Shown: positions 12,221 through 26,786, counted from the first letter of the stretch. The stretch is 64,000 bases of DNA from Malacoraja senta (GCA_038087875.1 CM075993.1:7938001-8002000), one strand, 5' to 3'. A program made the numbers and translations. The notes: a model not told the origin generated them from the letters alone.

Positions 12221-13146
12221 AGTCTATTTTGTAGTCAATGCCTACTATGTTCTGTTGTGCTGAAGCAAAGCAAGAATTTCATTGTCCTATCAGGGACACA
12301 TGACAATAAACTCTCTTGAATCTGGAAAATGCTGGAGTAACTCAGCGGGACAGGCAGCATCTCCGGAGAGAAGGAATGGGTATCGCTTCGGGTCCAGACC
12401 CTTCTTCAGGCTGATGTCAGGGGAGTGGCAGGTACCTAGATAAGTAGGTGTACAGATAAGGAAGTGTAAGGTGTGAAAACAGGACAAAGGGAATGGAGAT
12501 CAAGGAACATGTAGAATAGATCCGTTAGTTGGGAGAAAGTAACAACAAAGCAAACAGAGATGAAATGTAGTCGAAGACAGGAAGAGTGGGCGGGGAACTG
12601 GGAAGGGGGAGGGGATGGAGAGAGAGGGAAAGCAAGGGTTACGATGTTAGTGAAGTCAATAGTCATACCACTGAGGGCTAAACAAAGCCTGACAAGTGAT
12701 AGGTGGATGCAGGTGAGGGGGGGGGGTTGATTCACAGATAGGGTGGAGTAAGAGACAAAGGTGAAAAGGAGACAAAAGAGTGTCAGATAAGGAGAGAAGA
12801 GGAGTGAAAAATAAATATAGAGATATAGGTGGAAGTGGACCTGGGTCGAAGGGGACAAAGCGGGAGCTACTGGGAGGAAGAGAGGCAGAATAGTGGGGGA
12901 AATGGGTGCACTCGGGATGTGGGAGCACAGGGAAGAGAGAAGGGGTAGAGGGATTGTACTTAAAATTGGAAAATGTAATGTTCCTACCAAAGATACACAC
13001 AAAGTGCTCAGTGGGACAGGCAGCATTTCTTATGCAAGCAATCGCAATAGGAATAGGACGTATTCCTAACAAATAACAAAAATGCCCGGATTGCCATAAC
13101 TATGATTGGGCAAATCTGCATTATACAAGATGAGAGTGGGCCTTAC

Positions 13147-13232
13147 CTTCATAGTACTTGACAGCATCTTCCACGACAGACTGAATACAGGTGCCAGGCA
13201 GTACATCATGGAACTGATTAAGAAGCAATAGT
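13147..13232 (-). CDS. MAN2C1: MAN2C1 exon: [28 protein letters not shown]
   Basis: cag|...|gtaagg, 86 nt; NQFHD motif of the GH38 middle domain. Confidence 0.96.
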
Positions 13233-14039
13233 CTGTGAAATGTCAGAATCTGTTTCAATAACATAGAATTGACCCGCCCAGTTGATATCAATATTTACTG
13301 GGATATTGAAACCTCTTCCCACTCCTCCTCAAGAAATCTATTCCATCCCTAGGTAGACAAAAATGCTGGAGAAACTCAGCGGGTGCAGCAGCATCTATGG
13401 AGCGAAGGAAATAGGCAACGTTTTGGGCCGAAACCCTTGGGTTTCGGCCTGAAACGTTGCCTATTTCCTATTTCCTATGCTCCATAGATGCTGCTGCACC
13501 CGCTGAGTTTCTCCAGTACTTTTTGTCTACCATAGAACAGTACAGCACAGGAACAGGCCCTTCAGCCCACAATATTGTTGCTGAACATGACGCCAAGTTA
13601 AACTCATCTCACCAGCCTGCACATGATCCTTCTATTCCCTGCTATTCCACGTGCTATCTAAAAGCCTTTAAAACATCACTATCGCATCTGCTTCCACCAC
13701 CACCCCTGGCAATGCGTTCCAGGCCCCCGCCAGTCTCTGTGTTTAAAATATTAAACGTTTCGGCCCGAAACTTTTCCCATTTCCCTCGCTCCCTAGATGC
13801 TGCTGCACCCGCTGAGTTTCTCCAGCATTTTTGTCTACCTTCGATTTTCCAGCATCTGCAGTTCCTTCTTAAACACATCTATTCCATCCCTTTCTACATC
13901 AAGCATTTCTTGATTCATCTTAAGTTCTAGAGGGTACCAGCGGTTTGGAAAAACACACCGATGTAACAAAGAAGGGGGAAACAAATGGGGTAAATTATAA
14001 ATCTGTCATCTTAAAATATGCTGACTGGAAGATGATAAG

Positions 14040-14460
14040 AGTCTATAATCAAGGAAGAACTCGCCATTTAGAGAAGCTTAGTGCAATCAACATGGATTTG
14101 TGAAAGGAAAGTCACGTTTGGCCCATTTGCTGGTGGTCTTTGAGGGGATTCTGTAGATGTAATGTATTGGATTTCCAGAAAGCATTCAATAAGGTGCCGG
14201 CTGATGGTATTGGGAGAAGACCATGAACATGGATGAAAGACAAATTATTAAATAGAGGACGGTTGGAATAAATCACACTGGAACGATGTAATTAGTGTAG
14301 CATCCCGAGACTAAGTTCTGGGCTCCCAACTATTACTGATCATGATTATGACCAGTTAACAAATTTGAGGAGAGAGTAGAGTGAAGGATATTCAAACAGT
14401 ACAAAGCTGGGTGGGAGGAGATGCTGCACTGAGAATGACCTACATAATGGGGGATTTAAA
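14040..14460 (+). pseudogene. Ancient degenerate CR1 reverse transcriptase fragment
   Basis: QHGFVKGKS, DFQKAFNKVP and LGSQL remnants with frameshifts. Confidence 0.7.
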
Positions 14461-15486
14461 CAAATATCTTATAAGGTCATAAGTGATAGGAGCAGAATTA
14501 GGCCATTTGGCCCATCAAGTCTACTCCGCCATTCAATCATGGCTGAGCTATCTCTCCCTCCTAACCCCATTCTCCTGCCTTCTCCCATAACCCCCGACAA
14601 CTGTTCCAGAACAAGGGGTCACAGTTTGAGGATAAGGGGGAAGTCTTTTAGGACCGAGATGAGAATTTTTTTTCCACACAGAGAGTGGTGAATCTGTGGC
14701 ATTCTCTGCCACAGAGGGTGGCTGAGGCCAGTTCATTGGCTATATTTAAGAGGTAGTTAGATGTGGCCCTTGTGGCTAAAGGGGTCAGTGGGTATGGAGA
14801 GAAGGCAGGTACAGGATACTGAGTTGGATGATCAGCCATGATCATATTGAATGGCGGTGCAGGCTCGAAGGGCCGAATGGCCTACTCCTGCACCTATTTT
14901 CTATGTTTCTATGTTTATGGCATCCAAGTCGCGAGAGTGGGCGATGGAGGTAAATGTGGCAAAACGTGAAACGTTTAAAGCCATTAAAAGAGTCTAAGTA
15001 TTTCATCTGTGCCACAGTACTTATCATAGTTACAAAAAGCCTGAGCAAGAGCTCAACTACAAGCATCTTAACTAAGATGTTGACATGTCATCGAGAAATC
15101 TAAAAGAGATGTATACAGTCATAGAGTGATACAGTGTGGAAACAGGCCCTTCGGCCCAACTTGCCTACACCAGCCAATATGTCCCAGCTACACTAGTCCC
15201 ACCTGCCAGCGCTTGGTCCATATCCCTCCAAACCTGTCCTATCCATGTTCCTGCCTAACTGTTTCTTAAACATTGGGATAGTCCCAGCCTTAACTACCTC
15301 ATCTGGCAGTTCGTTCCATTCACTCTTTGCGTGAAAAAGTTACCCCTCAGATTCCTATTAAATCTTTTCCCCTTCGCCTTGAACCTATGTCCTCTGGTCC
15401 TCAATTCCCCTACCCTGGGCAAGAGACTCTGTTCATCCAGGTGTGGATATTAAAACTCAAATGAAATCCCATGAAATAAGTATTAC

Positions 15487-15608
15487 CTCCATAGTTGCTG
15501 CAGTTGGGAACTTGGATACTGGAACCCATCCTTCTGGACGGCAGCCAGGCTGCTCACTATTTCAATACTACGGAGGATGCATTCACATTTACGATTACCT
15601 TTCTTAAT
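15487..15608 (-). CDS. MAN2C1: MAN2C1 exon: IKKGNRKCECILRSIEIVSSLAAVQKDGFQYPSSQLQQLW(R)
   Basis: tag|...|gtaata, 122 nt, in phase. Confidence 0.95.
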
Positions 15609-16447
15609 CTAAAGCAAATGAAAAAGAATTTAGGAAAGAAAATGTAGAATCACTGCTTCACAGCCAGAGATCCAGGTGAAATCCTGACCTCGGGTGCTGT
15701 CCGTGTGGAGTTTGCACGTTCTCTCTGTAACAGTGTGGGTTTGCTCCAGTTTCCTCCCACATCCCAAAGACATGTGGGTTTGTAGTTTAATTGGCGACTG
15801 TAAATAGCCCCTAGAGTGTAGGACTGTGGTGGAATCTGGGAGACTTAATCAGAAAGTGGGGAGAATAGAAACTAGGGTTAATGTAGGATTATTGTATAAG
15901 TGCAGCCAATATTTGGCGCTGACTCAGACTGAGGTCCTGTTTCCGTGCTGTAGCTCCGCAATGTCTTGCCTCATCTCCAGCCCATTAATTTTCATCTGCA
16001 GTTTCTCTTCCCCAAAAACTTTTCGGACACAAAGCATTAAATAAAAATCTTAATCATGGAATAAACCTGCTGCCCACTCTTTGTTGGAATTTATGTAGGT
16101 ATGTGATTCCATGCTCTGAACAAGCAGCTGAAGCCTCGACTTTTGACAGGAGTTGGGGAACTACAGGTGACATTTTAAATGACATTAAAAGACACAAAGC
16201 CCGCTCACTGGGTAAATTAGACAATTTTGGTTTCACTTTAATTCTGAACATTGTAAATTTCATCCAGGAAACAAGCCTCACCTTTTATGAAAGAGCAATT
16301 TAAGTGATTGAGCGGTTCATCAATAGTTTTGGTTAACTATTTACACAAGGAAACTCAATTATAAGTGAATACACAGATTAAATGTTAAATATTAACACAA
16401 TGCACACTCAAATCATGGCAACAGGAAGAAAGGTGGGTGCATGGCTA

Positions 16448-16715
16448 GTGTGTGTGTGTGTGTGTGTGTGTGTGAGTGAGTGTGAGTGTGAGTGTGAGTG
16501 TGAGTGTGAGTGTGAGTGTGTGTGTGTGTTTGTGTGTGGATAGATATACACACACACACATTCACCCACACACTTTTAATACTTTTATAAAATGTTATTT
16601 TTCTTTTTATGTTTTTACACACAGCTTATTAATTTTGAATATATATTTTATATATATATATATATATAAAATATATACACACACATATATATATATATAT
16701 ATGCATACATACAGA
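16448..16715. repeat. Compound microsatellite (GT)n/(GTGAGT)n/(CA)n/(AT)n
   Basis: Directly visible. Confidence 0.95.
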
Positions 16716-16963
16716 CACATAACTTTTCTTCTGTTTATTACATAGTTCACAGTGTACTATGTTTACATATTCTGTTGTGCTGCTGCAAGTTAGAATGTAA
16801 TTGTTCTGTCTGGGACATATGACAATAAACCACTCTTGACTCTTGAGGCAGTGGCACACTTATTTTGCAATTCAATAAATTAGATTTGGCATGGACTGGC
16901 CTTGGGAACTAGAGAATGATCGACACTGGAGTTGCAAAGGACGCCAAAGAGAAGAGCACGCAC

Positions 16964-17087
16964 CTTGGCCTGTGTGGTGTAGGAGCCATTGTGTAGTTCT
17001 AGGAAGAGCTCGCCAGCCCAGGTACACAGCATGGTGGTGTCACCTTCCAGCGCGGAGAAGAAGGTGTCTGGAGTGGACATTTGCACC
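16964..17087 (-). CDS. MAN2C1: MAN2C1 exon: [41 protein letters not shown]
   Basis: cag|...|gtgcgt, 124 nt; [10 protein letters not shown] motif. Confidence 0.96.
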
Positions 17088-18467
17088 CTGAGATAGAAAA
17101 TATTCATCAGTACCAGGTACCATAACGGCTGACCTTTCTAACATAACTTTGCCTCAAATGCATAAGATAAAGGTGGCCAAACATTGCCAGACTTTGCTCT
17201 AGTTTAACCATTAACTGAACTCTCATAGGTCTCTACTACCACATACGTTGCTGCGTAGATCCTCAGTCATTAGATGTGCCAAATGCAACTGCTAACTTCT
17301 TACATAGGCACAAAAAGCTGGAGTAATTCAGCAGGTCAGACAGCATCTCTGGAAAAAAGGAATAGGGTCTCAATCCGAAAAGTCCGGTCTGAAGATGGAT
17401 CTCAACCTGAAACATCACCTATTCCCTTTCTCCAGAGATGCTGCCTGTCCCGCTGAGTTACACCAACTTTTTGTGTCTCTCTTCAGTTTAAACCTGCATC
17501 TGCAGTTCCTTCAGACACATCTTTTCTGCTATTTTCTTACATTTCCCGACAAAATAGATTTTCACAAGGAACTGCAGATGTTGTTTAACAAGAAAAAAAA
17601 CACACACAGAAGCGCTGGAGTAACTGAGCGGGTCAGACAGCATCTTTGGAGAGCGTGGATAGGTGACGTTTTGTGTCGGGATCCTTCTTCAGACTGATTG
17701 TAGTGGGAGGGGGGAGAGTTGGAAAAGAAAGGTAGGGGTGGGACAAAGCTTGGCGAGTGATAGGTGGATACAGGAAAAGGGGAGGGGGACTTGATTGGCA
17801 GGTGTTTGGACAAAGGCCAGAGATGAAGAGACAAAAAGTGTGAGGTCAGAGAATTGTGAAGCTAGAGGAATGATTGTAGGTGGAAGGGGGCGGGGGGGGT
17901 GGAAGAGGAGATGTGCGTGTGAATCCAGGTGGGGCACAGGGAGGAGACGGGGGGAATGGGGTGGAGGGGGGGGGAGGAGGGAAGGGGGGAGGAGGAGGAT
18001 TTGCTTGTAGGTTAGTTACCTACATTTTCCTGGGGATGGTTTGAAGGGGATATTTGAGAGCAGTTGGTCATCAGCCACGATGCTACCTTTAGATCAGTGT
18101 TGTCCAGTAACATCTGTCCAGTAACATCTGACCAGCCACATCTGCCGACTGCAATTCTTTTGGAATCGGAATCTTTTTCCAGAAAGGAACAAAGGAAGAC
18201 CCGGTGTGGGGGGACCACCAGGAGGGAGAGGGAGAACAAAGGGGGACCTGACACGGGGGTACTTTGTAAGCCCCCTTTATGGGCGACTATTTGCATATCT
18301 AAGATATGCAAGCAAAGAATTTCACTGTGACTTGTAGACACAATAAAGCATCCATTCATTCATTCAATTCAGTTTTAAACGGAGAAACTAATTTTTGTAG
18401 AAAACACTGCACACACATTTTCAACGTCAGGGGTCATTGTGGCCCATCAAGTGTATGTTAACTCTAA

Positions 18468-18830
18468 AGGGCCTGTCCCACATGGGCGACCACAGGCGGT
18501 CGCGAGTCGTCTCCTCAGTCGCCCAAAGAGTCGTAGCATCTTTCTAGTCCCCGCTGGATTTTCAACATGTTGAAACATTTTCGGAGACAGTCGGCGACAG
18601 TGGGTTTGACGCCAACGAGCGTAGCTTGACTTCTCCTGACGTAGGTGCTGTCATAATTGTCGCCAGGTTAACGTAGGTTGTCGCCGGTGCCGACTTTGGT
18701 TTTGTTTTGTTGTTAAAGTAATAATTCTATTTCAGATTTCATGTCGAAGGGGGGTCCCAGTCGCCGGTTTTTCGGTGACCTGCTACAACTATGACAGTCG
18801 CCTAAAAATAGCCTAAGTGGGACAGGCCCT
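18468..18830. mobile_element. PIF/Harbinger-type MITE
   Basis: TIR AGGGCCTGTCCCAC, TSD TAA. Confidence 0.85.
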
Positions 18831-20334
18831 TAAGAGCAATCTCATTTCCCCATGAATACCTCCTGTAATCTATTCTCTTCTAACTCTCATTGACTGCTTC
18901 CAGCGCCCATTTTCACAACCCCCCACAGTGATCCTTAACCTATGAACAGAACACAGCGAAGGCCCGCACTAATCCAACTTAATGCTGATCAATTTACCGT
19001 TCTTGGCAGTTCAAGAACAGCTGCTCACCCGGAACTTGACTGAGAAATCTATCAGGTGACACTGGGAAATGTGATCCAGATTGTTATACAAGATGCAGAA
19101 TATAATCGCTGGAAGAAACATGAACTTTGCAAGAGGAATGGGTGAAAAGAAATAAAAGTCGCACAACATTAATCTGTATTGGTCACGCCCAGGACAAGTG
19201 TGTACTTGTTAAAGTGAATCAGGTCCAATAACTGACCATCAGATAAAGAAGAGACTTGTAAGCTTTGCTGTGATAATGTAACATGTTATGGATTATATAT
19301 AATCGGTTTAGTTTAGAGATACAGCACGGAAGCAGGCCACTCGGCCCACTGTGTCCGCCCCGACCAGCAATCCCAGCACAATAGCACTATTCCACACATA
19401 CTAGGGCCACTGTACAATTATACCAAGCCAATTAACCTACAAACCTGTATGTCTTTGGGTTGTGGGAGGAAACCAGAGCTCCCAGAGAAAACCCACGCAG
19501 GTCACGGAGAGAACGGAGAATGTTCGTTTCCCCCCGTGACAGTGTGGGGTTCCTCCGGGTGCTCCGGTTTCCTCCCAAATCCCAAAGACCTGCGGGTTTA
19601 ATTGGTCGCTGTAAAATGTCACCTAATGTGTAGGGAATGAATGAAAAAGCAGGATAGCATGGTAGTGTGCTCAATGGGCCAAAGGGCTTGTTTCAAGGTG
19701 TATTTCTAAACTAAACATTGCACTGGTGGAGCAGCCTAGATAGAAGGCCTAGTCACCAATACATGGAACATCTAACCCAGAAAACATTTTCACACCTTAC
19801 CCTTCCTTATCTCTGTGTCTCCCTCTCCCGACTCTCAGTCTGAAGAAGGGTCTCGACCCACGAAGCGCTACCTATCCCTCCTATCCAGGGATGCTGTCTG
19901 TCCCGCTGAGTCCCTCAAGCATTTTGTGTCTATCTTCGGTATAAACCAGCATCTGCAGTTCCTTCCTACACAGATTCCATAAGTGACCAGGAACCTGGGT
20001 TCCCAACTTACTGCACTTGTTAGTCACACAGTTCATAGTCATAGAGTCGTAGAGCAGAAACAGGCCATTCTTCCCAACTTGCCCATGCCGACACTAGTCC
20101 CACTCGCCCATGTCTCTCTAAACCATTCCTCTCTATATACCTGTCCAAATGTCTTTTAAATGTTAAATGTTGCTTAACATTTAAAGGTTATATGAAGGAT
20201 TTGGTAATCGTAGTACAAGCAGATGTGATCTATTTCATTTAATGATAATGAAAGCAGAGTACTGAATCTCACCGGGTCGACCTGCAGTGGGAGGTTAAAC
20301 AGATATGTGCAAGCCTTTTAAACAAAGTGCTGAC

Positions 20335-20480
20335 CTGGGAAGTCCATCTGTGTCCTGCATTCTGTGCAGTCGGTCCAACATATCTTGTGTAGGTCCTCCT
20401 CCCCCGTCGCCAAACCCAAAGAGGAATGCGCTGTGATTAACGCGACCTTTGTCCTTGTTATTTTTAACTGTATTCAGCAG
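20335..20480 (-). CDS. MAN2C1: MAN2C1 exon: [48 protein letters not shown](R)
   Basis: cag|...|gtcagc, 146 nt; GDGGGGP motif. Confidence 0.97.
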
Positions 20481-22571
20481 CTGCAGCAGAGGAAAGAAAG
20501 GATTTATTACGGTGGTGAAGTCAGAGTCACACAGCCCCGAACCAGTTCCTTCAGCCCACCAAGTCTGCACTGACCATCAAGCACCCATTACACTGACCCA
20601 AAACGTCACCTATCCATGATTACATGATTCTCAATTGTAATCATGTATTGTCTTTCCGCTGACTGTTTAGCCAGCAACAAAAGCTTTTCATCTCTACACG
20701 TGACAATAAACTAAACTCAACCTAAACTCCAGAGATGTCGACCCATTACACTAGAGACACATCGTGGAAACAGGCCCTTCAGCCCACCAAGTTCATGCCG
20801 ACCAGCAATCCCCGTACGCCAGCACTATCCTACGTACTTGGAACAATTTACAATTTATACCGAAGCCAATTACCCTACAAACCTCCATGTCTTTGGAGTG
20901 TGGGAAGAAACCAGGGCACCTGGGAAAAACCCACACGGTCACACAAACTCCATACAGGCAGCACCCATAGTCAAGATCGAACCCGGGTCTCTGGCAGTGT
21001 AAGGCAGCATCTCTACCGCTGCGCCACCCTGCCATTATACTGAAGAAGGGGTCTGACCTAAAACATCACCTGTCTCTGTTCCTCGGAGATGCCAACTGAC
21101 CCACTGAGATACTCCAGCACTTTGTGGACACCCATTACATTAATCCCAATTTTTTTTTTAAATTCTCACGACTTTCCTGCTAACCCCATCTAGATTCTAC
21201 CACTCACCTGCACACAAAGAGCAAGTTACACTTGTGAATTAACCTACCAACCTGCAGGAATTTGGGATGTGGGAGGAAACTGGAGTGCCCGGAGGAAACC
21301 CACGCAGTAAATATTAAGTAAATTAAAATGAGAAAAGGTTGGGGGGGGGGTGGATTTCCATAGGTTAGGACCCAGCCAGCAGAAGCACTGCCTGACACTG
21401 ATGGGGTAAATGAAGAGAGGGTTCTACACAAGATGCCAGCCTTGTTATAGAGCTAGACAACATGGAACAGAGACACATGGAACTGCAGATGCTGGAATCT
21501 AGAGCAAAACACAGTGCTGGAGGAACTCAGCAGGTAAGAATTTGATTGTCCCGTCCAGGATATGACAATAAAACACTCTTGACTTGACTTGAAATGGAGA
21601 GACCTGTCTTTTTAATGAAAATGTCATATTTTCAGAAAAAAATGGTGATGAAAAATCTTTAAAGATACAATAATTTGATATTTACACAGGTGTTCATCAT
21701 TGATAAATTTTAAATTGCATTTAATTTTAAAAAACTGTAAAGTTATATAATTTAATTTATAGCTAAATTGCCATTTGTAGGACAACTCTCATTACAGGTT
21801 TAGCTATCCCCGGGGGGAAATCTAATGTCATAAAAAAGTAACGGTAAACATCCTTGAGCTGGAAATGAAATGTCAGCGTAGTTCATGGAGCAGGTCACTA
21901 GGCAAAATATTGTAGCTGCACCAATAGACAATAGACAATAGGTGCAGGAGTAGGCCATTTGGCCCTTCGAGCCAGCACCGCCATTCAATCTGATCATGGC
22001 TGATCATCCCCAATCAGTTCCTGCCTTCTCCCCATATCCCCTGATCGCTATTTTTAAGCCTTATCTAGCGCTCTCTTGAAAGCATCCAGAGAACCTGCCT
22101 CCACCGCCCTCTGAGGCAGAGAATTCCACAGACTCACAACTCTCTGAGAGAAAAAGTGTTTCCTTGTCTCCGTTCTAAATGGCTTACCCCTTATTCTTAA
22201 ACTGTGGCCCCTGGTTCTGGACTCCCCCAACATCGGGAACATGTTTCCTGCCTCTAGCGTGTCCAAACCCTTAACAATCTTATATGTTTCAAATATATCC
22301 CAATAAAAAACAAGTATAAATATATCCCAATTTAGTTCTTCCTCTGGTATAAAATACAATAAGCAATGGGCCGCGGCAATAAGCAAATACAACACGTGAC
22401 AAAACATAGGCGGCATTGTGGAAGGGTATCTCAATTAACCATGGCGTGGTGCAGTGGTGGAGTTGCTGCCTTACAGCGCCAGAGACCCAGGTTCGATCCT
22501 GATTATGGGTGCCGTGGAGTTTGTACGTTCTCCCCGTGACCGCGGGGGTTTTCTCTGGGTGCTCCGGTTTT

Positions 22572-22972
22572 CAGAGTGAGGCTAAACATAAATTGGAGGA
22601 ACAGCATCTCACATTTCGCGTGGGCAGCTTACAGCCCAGTGGTATGAATATTGATTTCTCTAACTTCAAGTAACCTCTGCATTCCCTCTCTCCATCCCTC
22701 CCCCACCCAAGTCGCACCAGCTTCTCGTTCTCACCCAGCAAACCGTTAACAATGGCCCGTTTTCCTTTATCATCGTTGCTTTGTTGCATATCTTTCATTC
22801 ATTTGTTCTATATATCTCGTTCCCTTTTCCCCAGACTCTAGTCTGAAGAAGGGTCTCGGCCCAAAACGTCACCTATTCCTTCTCTCCACAGATGCTGCCT
22901 GTCCTGCTGAGTTACTCCAGCATTTTGTGTCTATCTGCAGTTTAAACCAGCATCTGCAGTTCCTTCCTACAC
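22572..22972 (+). mobile_element. Penelope-like element 3' fragment (GIY-YIG endonuclease C-terminus plus pseudo-LTR with hammerhead motif)
   Basis: Translates QSEAKHKLEEQHLTFRVGSLQPSGMNIDFSNFK*, resembling the PLE C-terminal E...L.PxGxN motif. It is followed by the abundant CTGAAGAAGGGTCTCG... repeat. Confidence 0.8.
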
Positions 22973-24023
22973 GTTGTAACGAAGGATGGGAGCTCCGTGA
23001 GACAGCTCACTGCTGCACTCTGGTGGCAAAAGAGGTGAACTTTTCTTGCAGCAATGCAACAGCATGGAAGAAAATAGCTGATCCACTTTAAGTCTGCTCA
23101 CAGAACAACTTTACCAAGTGCTGCTGCCAGAATAAATTCTACCCGACTTGAAAGCTAAGGGGGATGAAAGCACCATTTTTTCTCCCAAAGAAACTTTGCT
23201 TTCCTCACCGGTCACACTGTCCTTCTTTGATCCGTTTAAGATCCCAATCCACCAGCTACTCAAACACATCACCCCAGTACAAATCCCTCATGGCTTCACC
23301 CACATTTAGGTCTTTAGAGATACCGCACAGGAACAGGCCCTTCCACCCACCAAGTCCGCGCCGACCAATGATCACCCCGTTCACTAGAACTGTTCTACAC
23401 ACTTGGGACAATTACAACTTTACAGAAGCCAATTAACCTACAAATCTGTTCATCATTGGAGCGTGGGAGGAAACTGGAGCATCCGGGGAAAACCCACCTG
23501 GATTGTACCCGGATCTCTGGCGCTGTAAGGCAGCAACTTTATCCCTTTATTCCCCCCCACATTACCACCACCCCCCCTTCACGTTCTACCAATCACCTAC
23601 ACATTTGGGACGATTTACCAGGACATTTTTGGGAGGAAACCAAAGCAGTCTCGCACTATCACAAGGAGAACGTGCAAGCTCCACACAGACAACACTGGGT
23701 GGCGGGACGGGAACCGGGTCTCTGGCGCTGTGTGGCTTGTGCTGCCACAGGTTCCAGAGCCGACATCCGAGTCTAACGCTGGCGCTCACTGCAAAATATC
23801 TGATGCCCTCGTGAAGCTTTGATGTGGATGGTGTGGCTATCACGTTACTCTGCTCCAGGTTTAAGCCATCTAATGATGAACTCCACAGCCAACAAGAACC
23901 GTCAACAATCACCAAGGCACACTGTACCAGGGCCGAGTGTGAACCAAGGTTGCTCTTGGATAGACACAAAATGCTGGAGTAACTCAGCGGGACAGGCAGC
24001 ATCTCTGGAGAGAAGGAATGGGT

Positions 24024-24051
24024 GACGTTTCGGGTCGAGACCCTTCTTCAG
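24024..24051 (-). ncRNA. Minimal hammerhead motif, sense to MAN2C1
   Basis: The minus strand reads CTGAAGAAGGGTCTCGACCCGAAACGTC. Confidence 0.75.
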
Positions 24052-24632
24052 ACTCTCTTGGATAGATCGGTGTCCATTGCCTGCTTGAGGTGGGTGGGAA
24101 ACATCAGCTAGTTTACAAGCCCCTCAGGCAGGGTCAAGCAGGCATTACTTTACCAGTTATATTTCTGAGGATCCAAATCTTCCAAGTCTATTTCAAAAGG
24201 CAAAGGAAAGCCAGGAGCTTTCTTAAAAATATATTATTTCCCCCCCCCCTCCCCCCCCGAAGTGCCCCAATATAAAAAGTCACTTAAATGGAGACAAAGT
24301 GCAGGAATAACTCAGCAGGTCAGACAGCATCTCTGGAAAAACAGCGGATCAGGCAGCATCTCTGGAGAAAAGGAATAGGTGACGTTTCATGTCGAGACTC
24401 TTCGGTTTAAAGCAGCATCTGCGGTTCCTTCCTACACATCCCTGGAGAACATGGATGGGTGTGTGTTGGGTGGAGATCTCACCGATCCACGTGCTCCAGA
24501 GATGCGGCCTGACCCGCTGAGTTACTCCCGCACTTTGTGTCTTTTTTTTTTTGCAAACCAGCATCTGCAGTTCCTTATTTCCCTCCCACCCTTATTCTGA
24601 ACATCCGAGGCCAACGTTCGGTCCATACTTAC

Positions 24633-24728
24633 TTCCTCAACCTTGCAGTGCATTTCGTAGGAATTCCCCGGTGGAAAGTGGGAGAGCACCCTGGACCCAT
24701 CAATTCCTTCCCAAAAGAAAGTGTGATG
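24633..24728 (-). CDS. MAN2C1: MAN2C1 exon: [32 protein letters not shown]
   Basis: cag|...|gtaagt, 96 nt. Confidence 0.96.
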
Positions 24729-25159
24729 CTGTGAGGGTAGGAAAGGTAAGAACAAAGGTACAATTTTTACTTGGCATGAAATGGAACGGACCACAACACA
24801 GTGGTTTCCAATTCAATATCTCTTGTTGACACGAACACAAAGTATAACAAAACCAAGGGCATCGGTTGAAGGAATCAGACAGGATTTGCTGCATATGCTT
24901 TAATCCGTGGTGCAATGACAAGCTTCTTGCACACCTCAAAAAAGCTAATTTCAGACATACAGCGAGGCTTGCAAAGTAGCAAGTATATTTCTGTTCAAAA
25001 GGTCCAATTTTCATCTTGAGTCCCTCAACTCCAGACAATTTCTCAACAGTTATTCTATGAAATTGTTACCATTTTAAACACCTCATCCTTCCTCCCTCTC
25101 TCCCATTCACAGGAATACTAGCTTGGGTTTGTGAAATCTCTCCTCATCACAACTCTCCA

Positions 25160-25290
25160 GGGGTGGGAGATTGCAACCTTGACGTGGTCCACCCTGTCTC
25201 GACTAATGCAATCAACCCGACGTGCAGAAAGAAACAGATCAAATAGAACAAGTTGACCTGCAACGTTCGGCATACGCAAGAAGAAGAAGA
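25160..25290 (+). mobile_element. HDV-ribozyme-headed short retroposon, copy A (ribozyme 25160-25213, with an L3 C>G variant)
   Basis: TSD ACAACTCTCCA (25149-25159 / 25290-25300); (AAG)n tail; P1, P2 and P3 pairings intact. Confidence 0.85.
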
Positions 25291-26786
25291 CAACTCTCCA
25301 AGCCCAAGTACCATTATGGATTCTCGGTCTGTGACAAATCAGATAATTTAAAACAACTTTCTTTAAATCGGACCTTGTTAAGGAGGGCAAATTGAGCCGA
25401 GATCCGAGCTCTGATCAAGATAAAATTGGACTCTAATGTTAACCCAAGCATTTAATAAACACCTGCGTTGAGTAATTAGAAGACGATGGCTGAGTATATA
25501 TAAACAGATTTGATTAATAAATACCACTAGTTAATTATTTATACTGTACAAAGATTTGTTTTCCAGGTTTTATGATCTCTCAAGCTCTCGCGACTAGATT
25601 GAAAACTGCTCTTTTTCACAGCTTAGTTTGCTTTCATGGGAACACATCATGAATATGATTTATATCCTCCGTGAACAAACTCAGTCACTGTCTTACCTGA
25701 CTGCTCATGAATCATCAAAGAGGCAGTTTTATTAGCAGCGTGCTTTTTAAACATCTTCTCTGTAGATAGAGTGACTGACATCTTCATCTTTGCTCCTAAC
25801 ACAAGGCTTTCAAGTCTTACTCTGAATCTCATCCATAATGCCGCAGTTTCTTATTTCTTAGCTTCTTTTTTGATTGCCATATTTAGTTCAATTTAGGAAA
25901 GCCTTTTGTTGCAAAACATTATTGCAATACAGTGAGGTTTGACTGTTAATACTTGTGATTGAGGCAGTGTAGCGTAGGTTCACGAGATTGTTCCCTGGGA
26001 TGGCGGGACTGTCATATGAGGAAAGATTGAAAAGACTAGGCTTGTATTCACTGGAGTTTAGAAGGATGAGGGGGTATCTTATAGAAACATATAAAATTAT
26101 AAAAGGACTGGACAAGCTAGATGCAGGAAAAATGTTCCCAATGTTCCCAATATTGGGCGAGTCCAGAACCAGGGGCCACAGTCTTAGAATAAAGGGGAGG
26201 TCATTTAAGACTGAGGTGAGAAAAAACTTTTTCACCCAGAGTTGTGAATTTATGGAATTCCCTGCCACAGAGGGCATTGGAGGCCAAGTCACTGGATGGA
26301 TTTAAGACAGAGTTAGATAGAGCGCTAGGGGCTAGTGGAGTCAAGGGATATGGGGAGAAGGCAGGCACAGGTTATTGATAGGGGACGATCACAATGAATG
26401 GCGGTGCTGGCTCGAAGGGCCGAATGGCCTCCTCCTGCACCTATTTTTTATGTTTCTATGCCTTATATAGGTATTGATGCTGTATACAAAACTCCTGTCA
26501 ACAATAACCTTGCCAGAGGAATGACTCGCGAGTGATTGATATTAAAATTGATTTCTCTAACTGCAAGTACCTTGCATTCCCCCTCTCCATCCCTCCCCCA
26601 CCCAAGTTGTACCAGCATCAAAGTTGTCTTGTTGAGTCTCATTGTCTGTAACTCATTCTCACCTAGCCCACAGCTAACAAGGGCCTGTTTCCTTTATCAT
26701 CATTACTTTTTTTGTATATCTTTTATTAATTGTTCGAAATCCCTCTACATCACCGTCTGTATCTCTCCTTTCCCCTGACTCTCAGT

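Noticed and set aside
17880..18000. G-rich tract as a functional G-quadruplex
   Set aside because: It is part of the low-complexity region of a Penelope-derived repeat, with no independent evidence of function.
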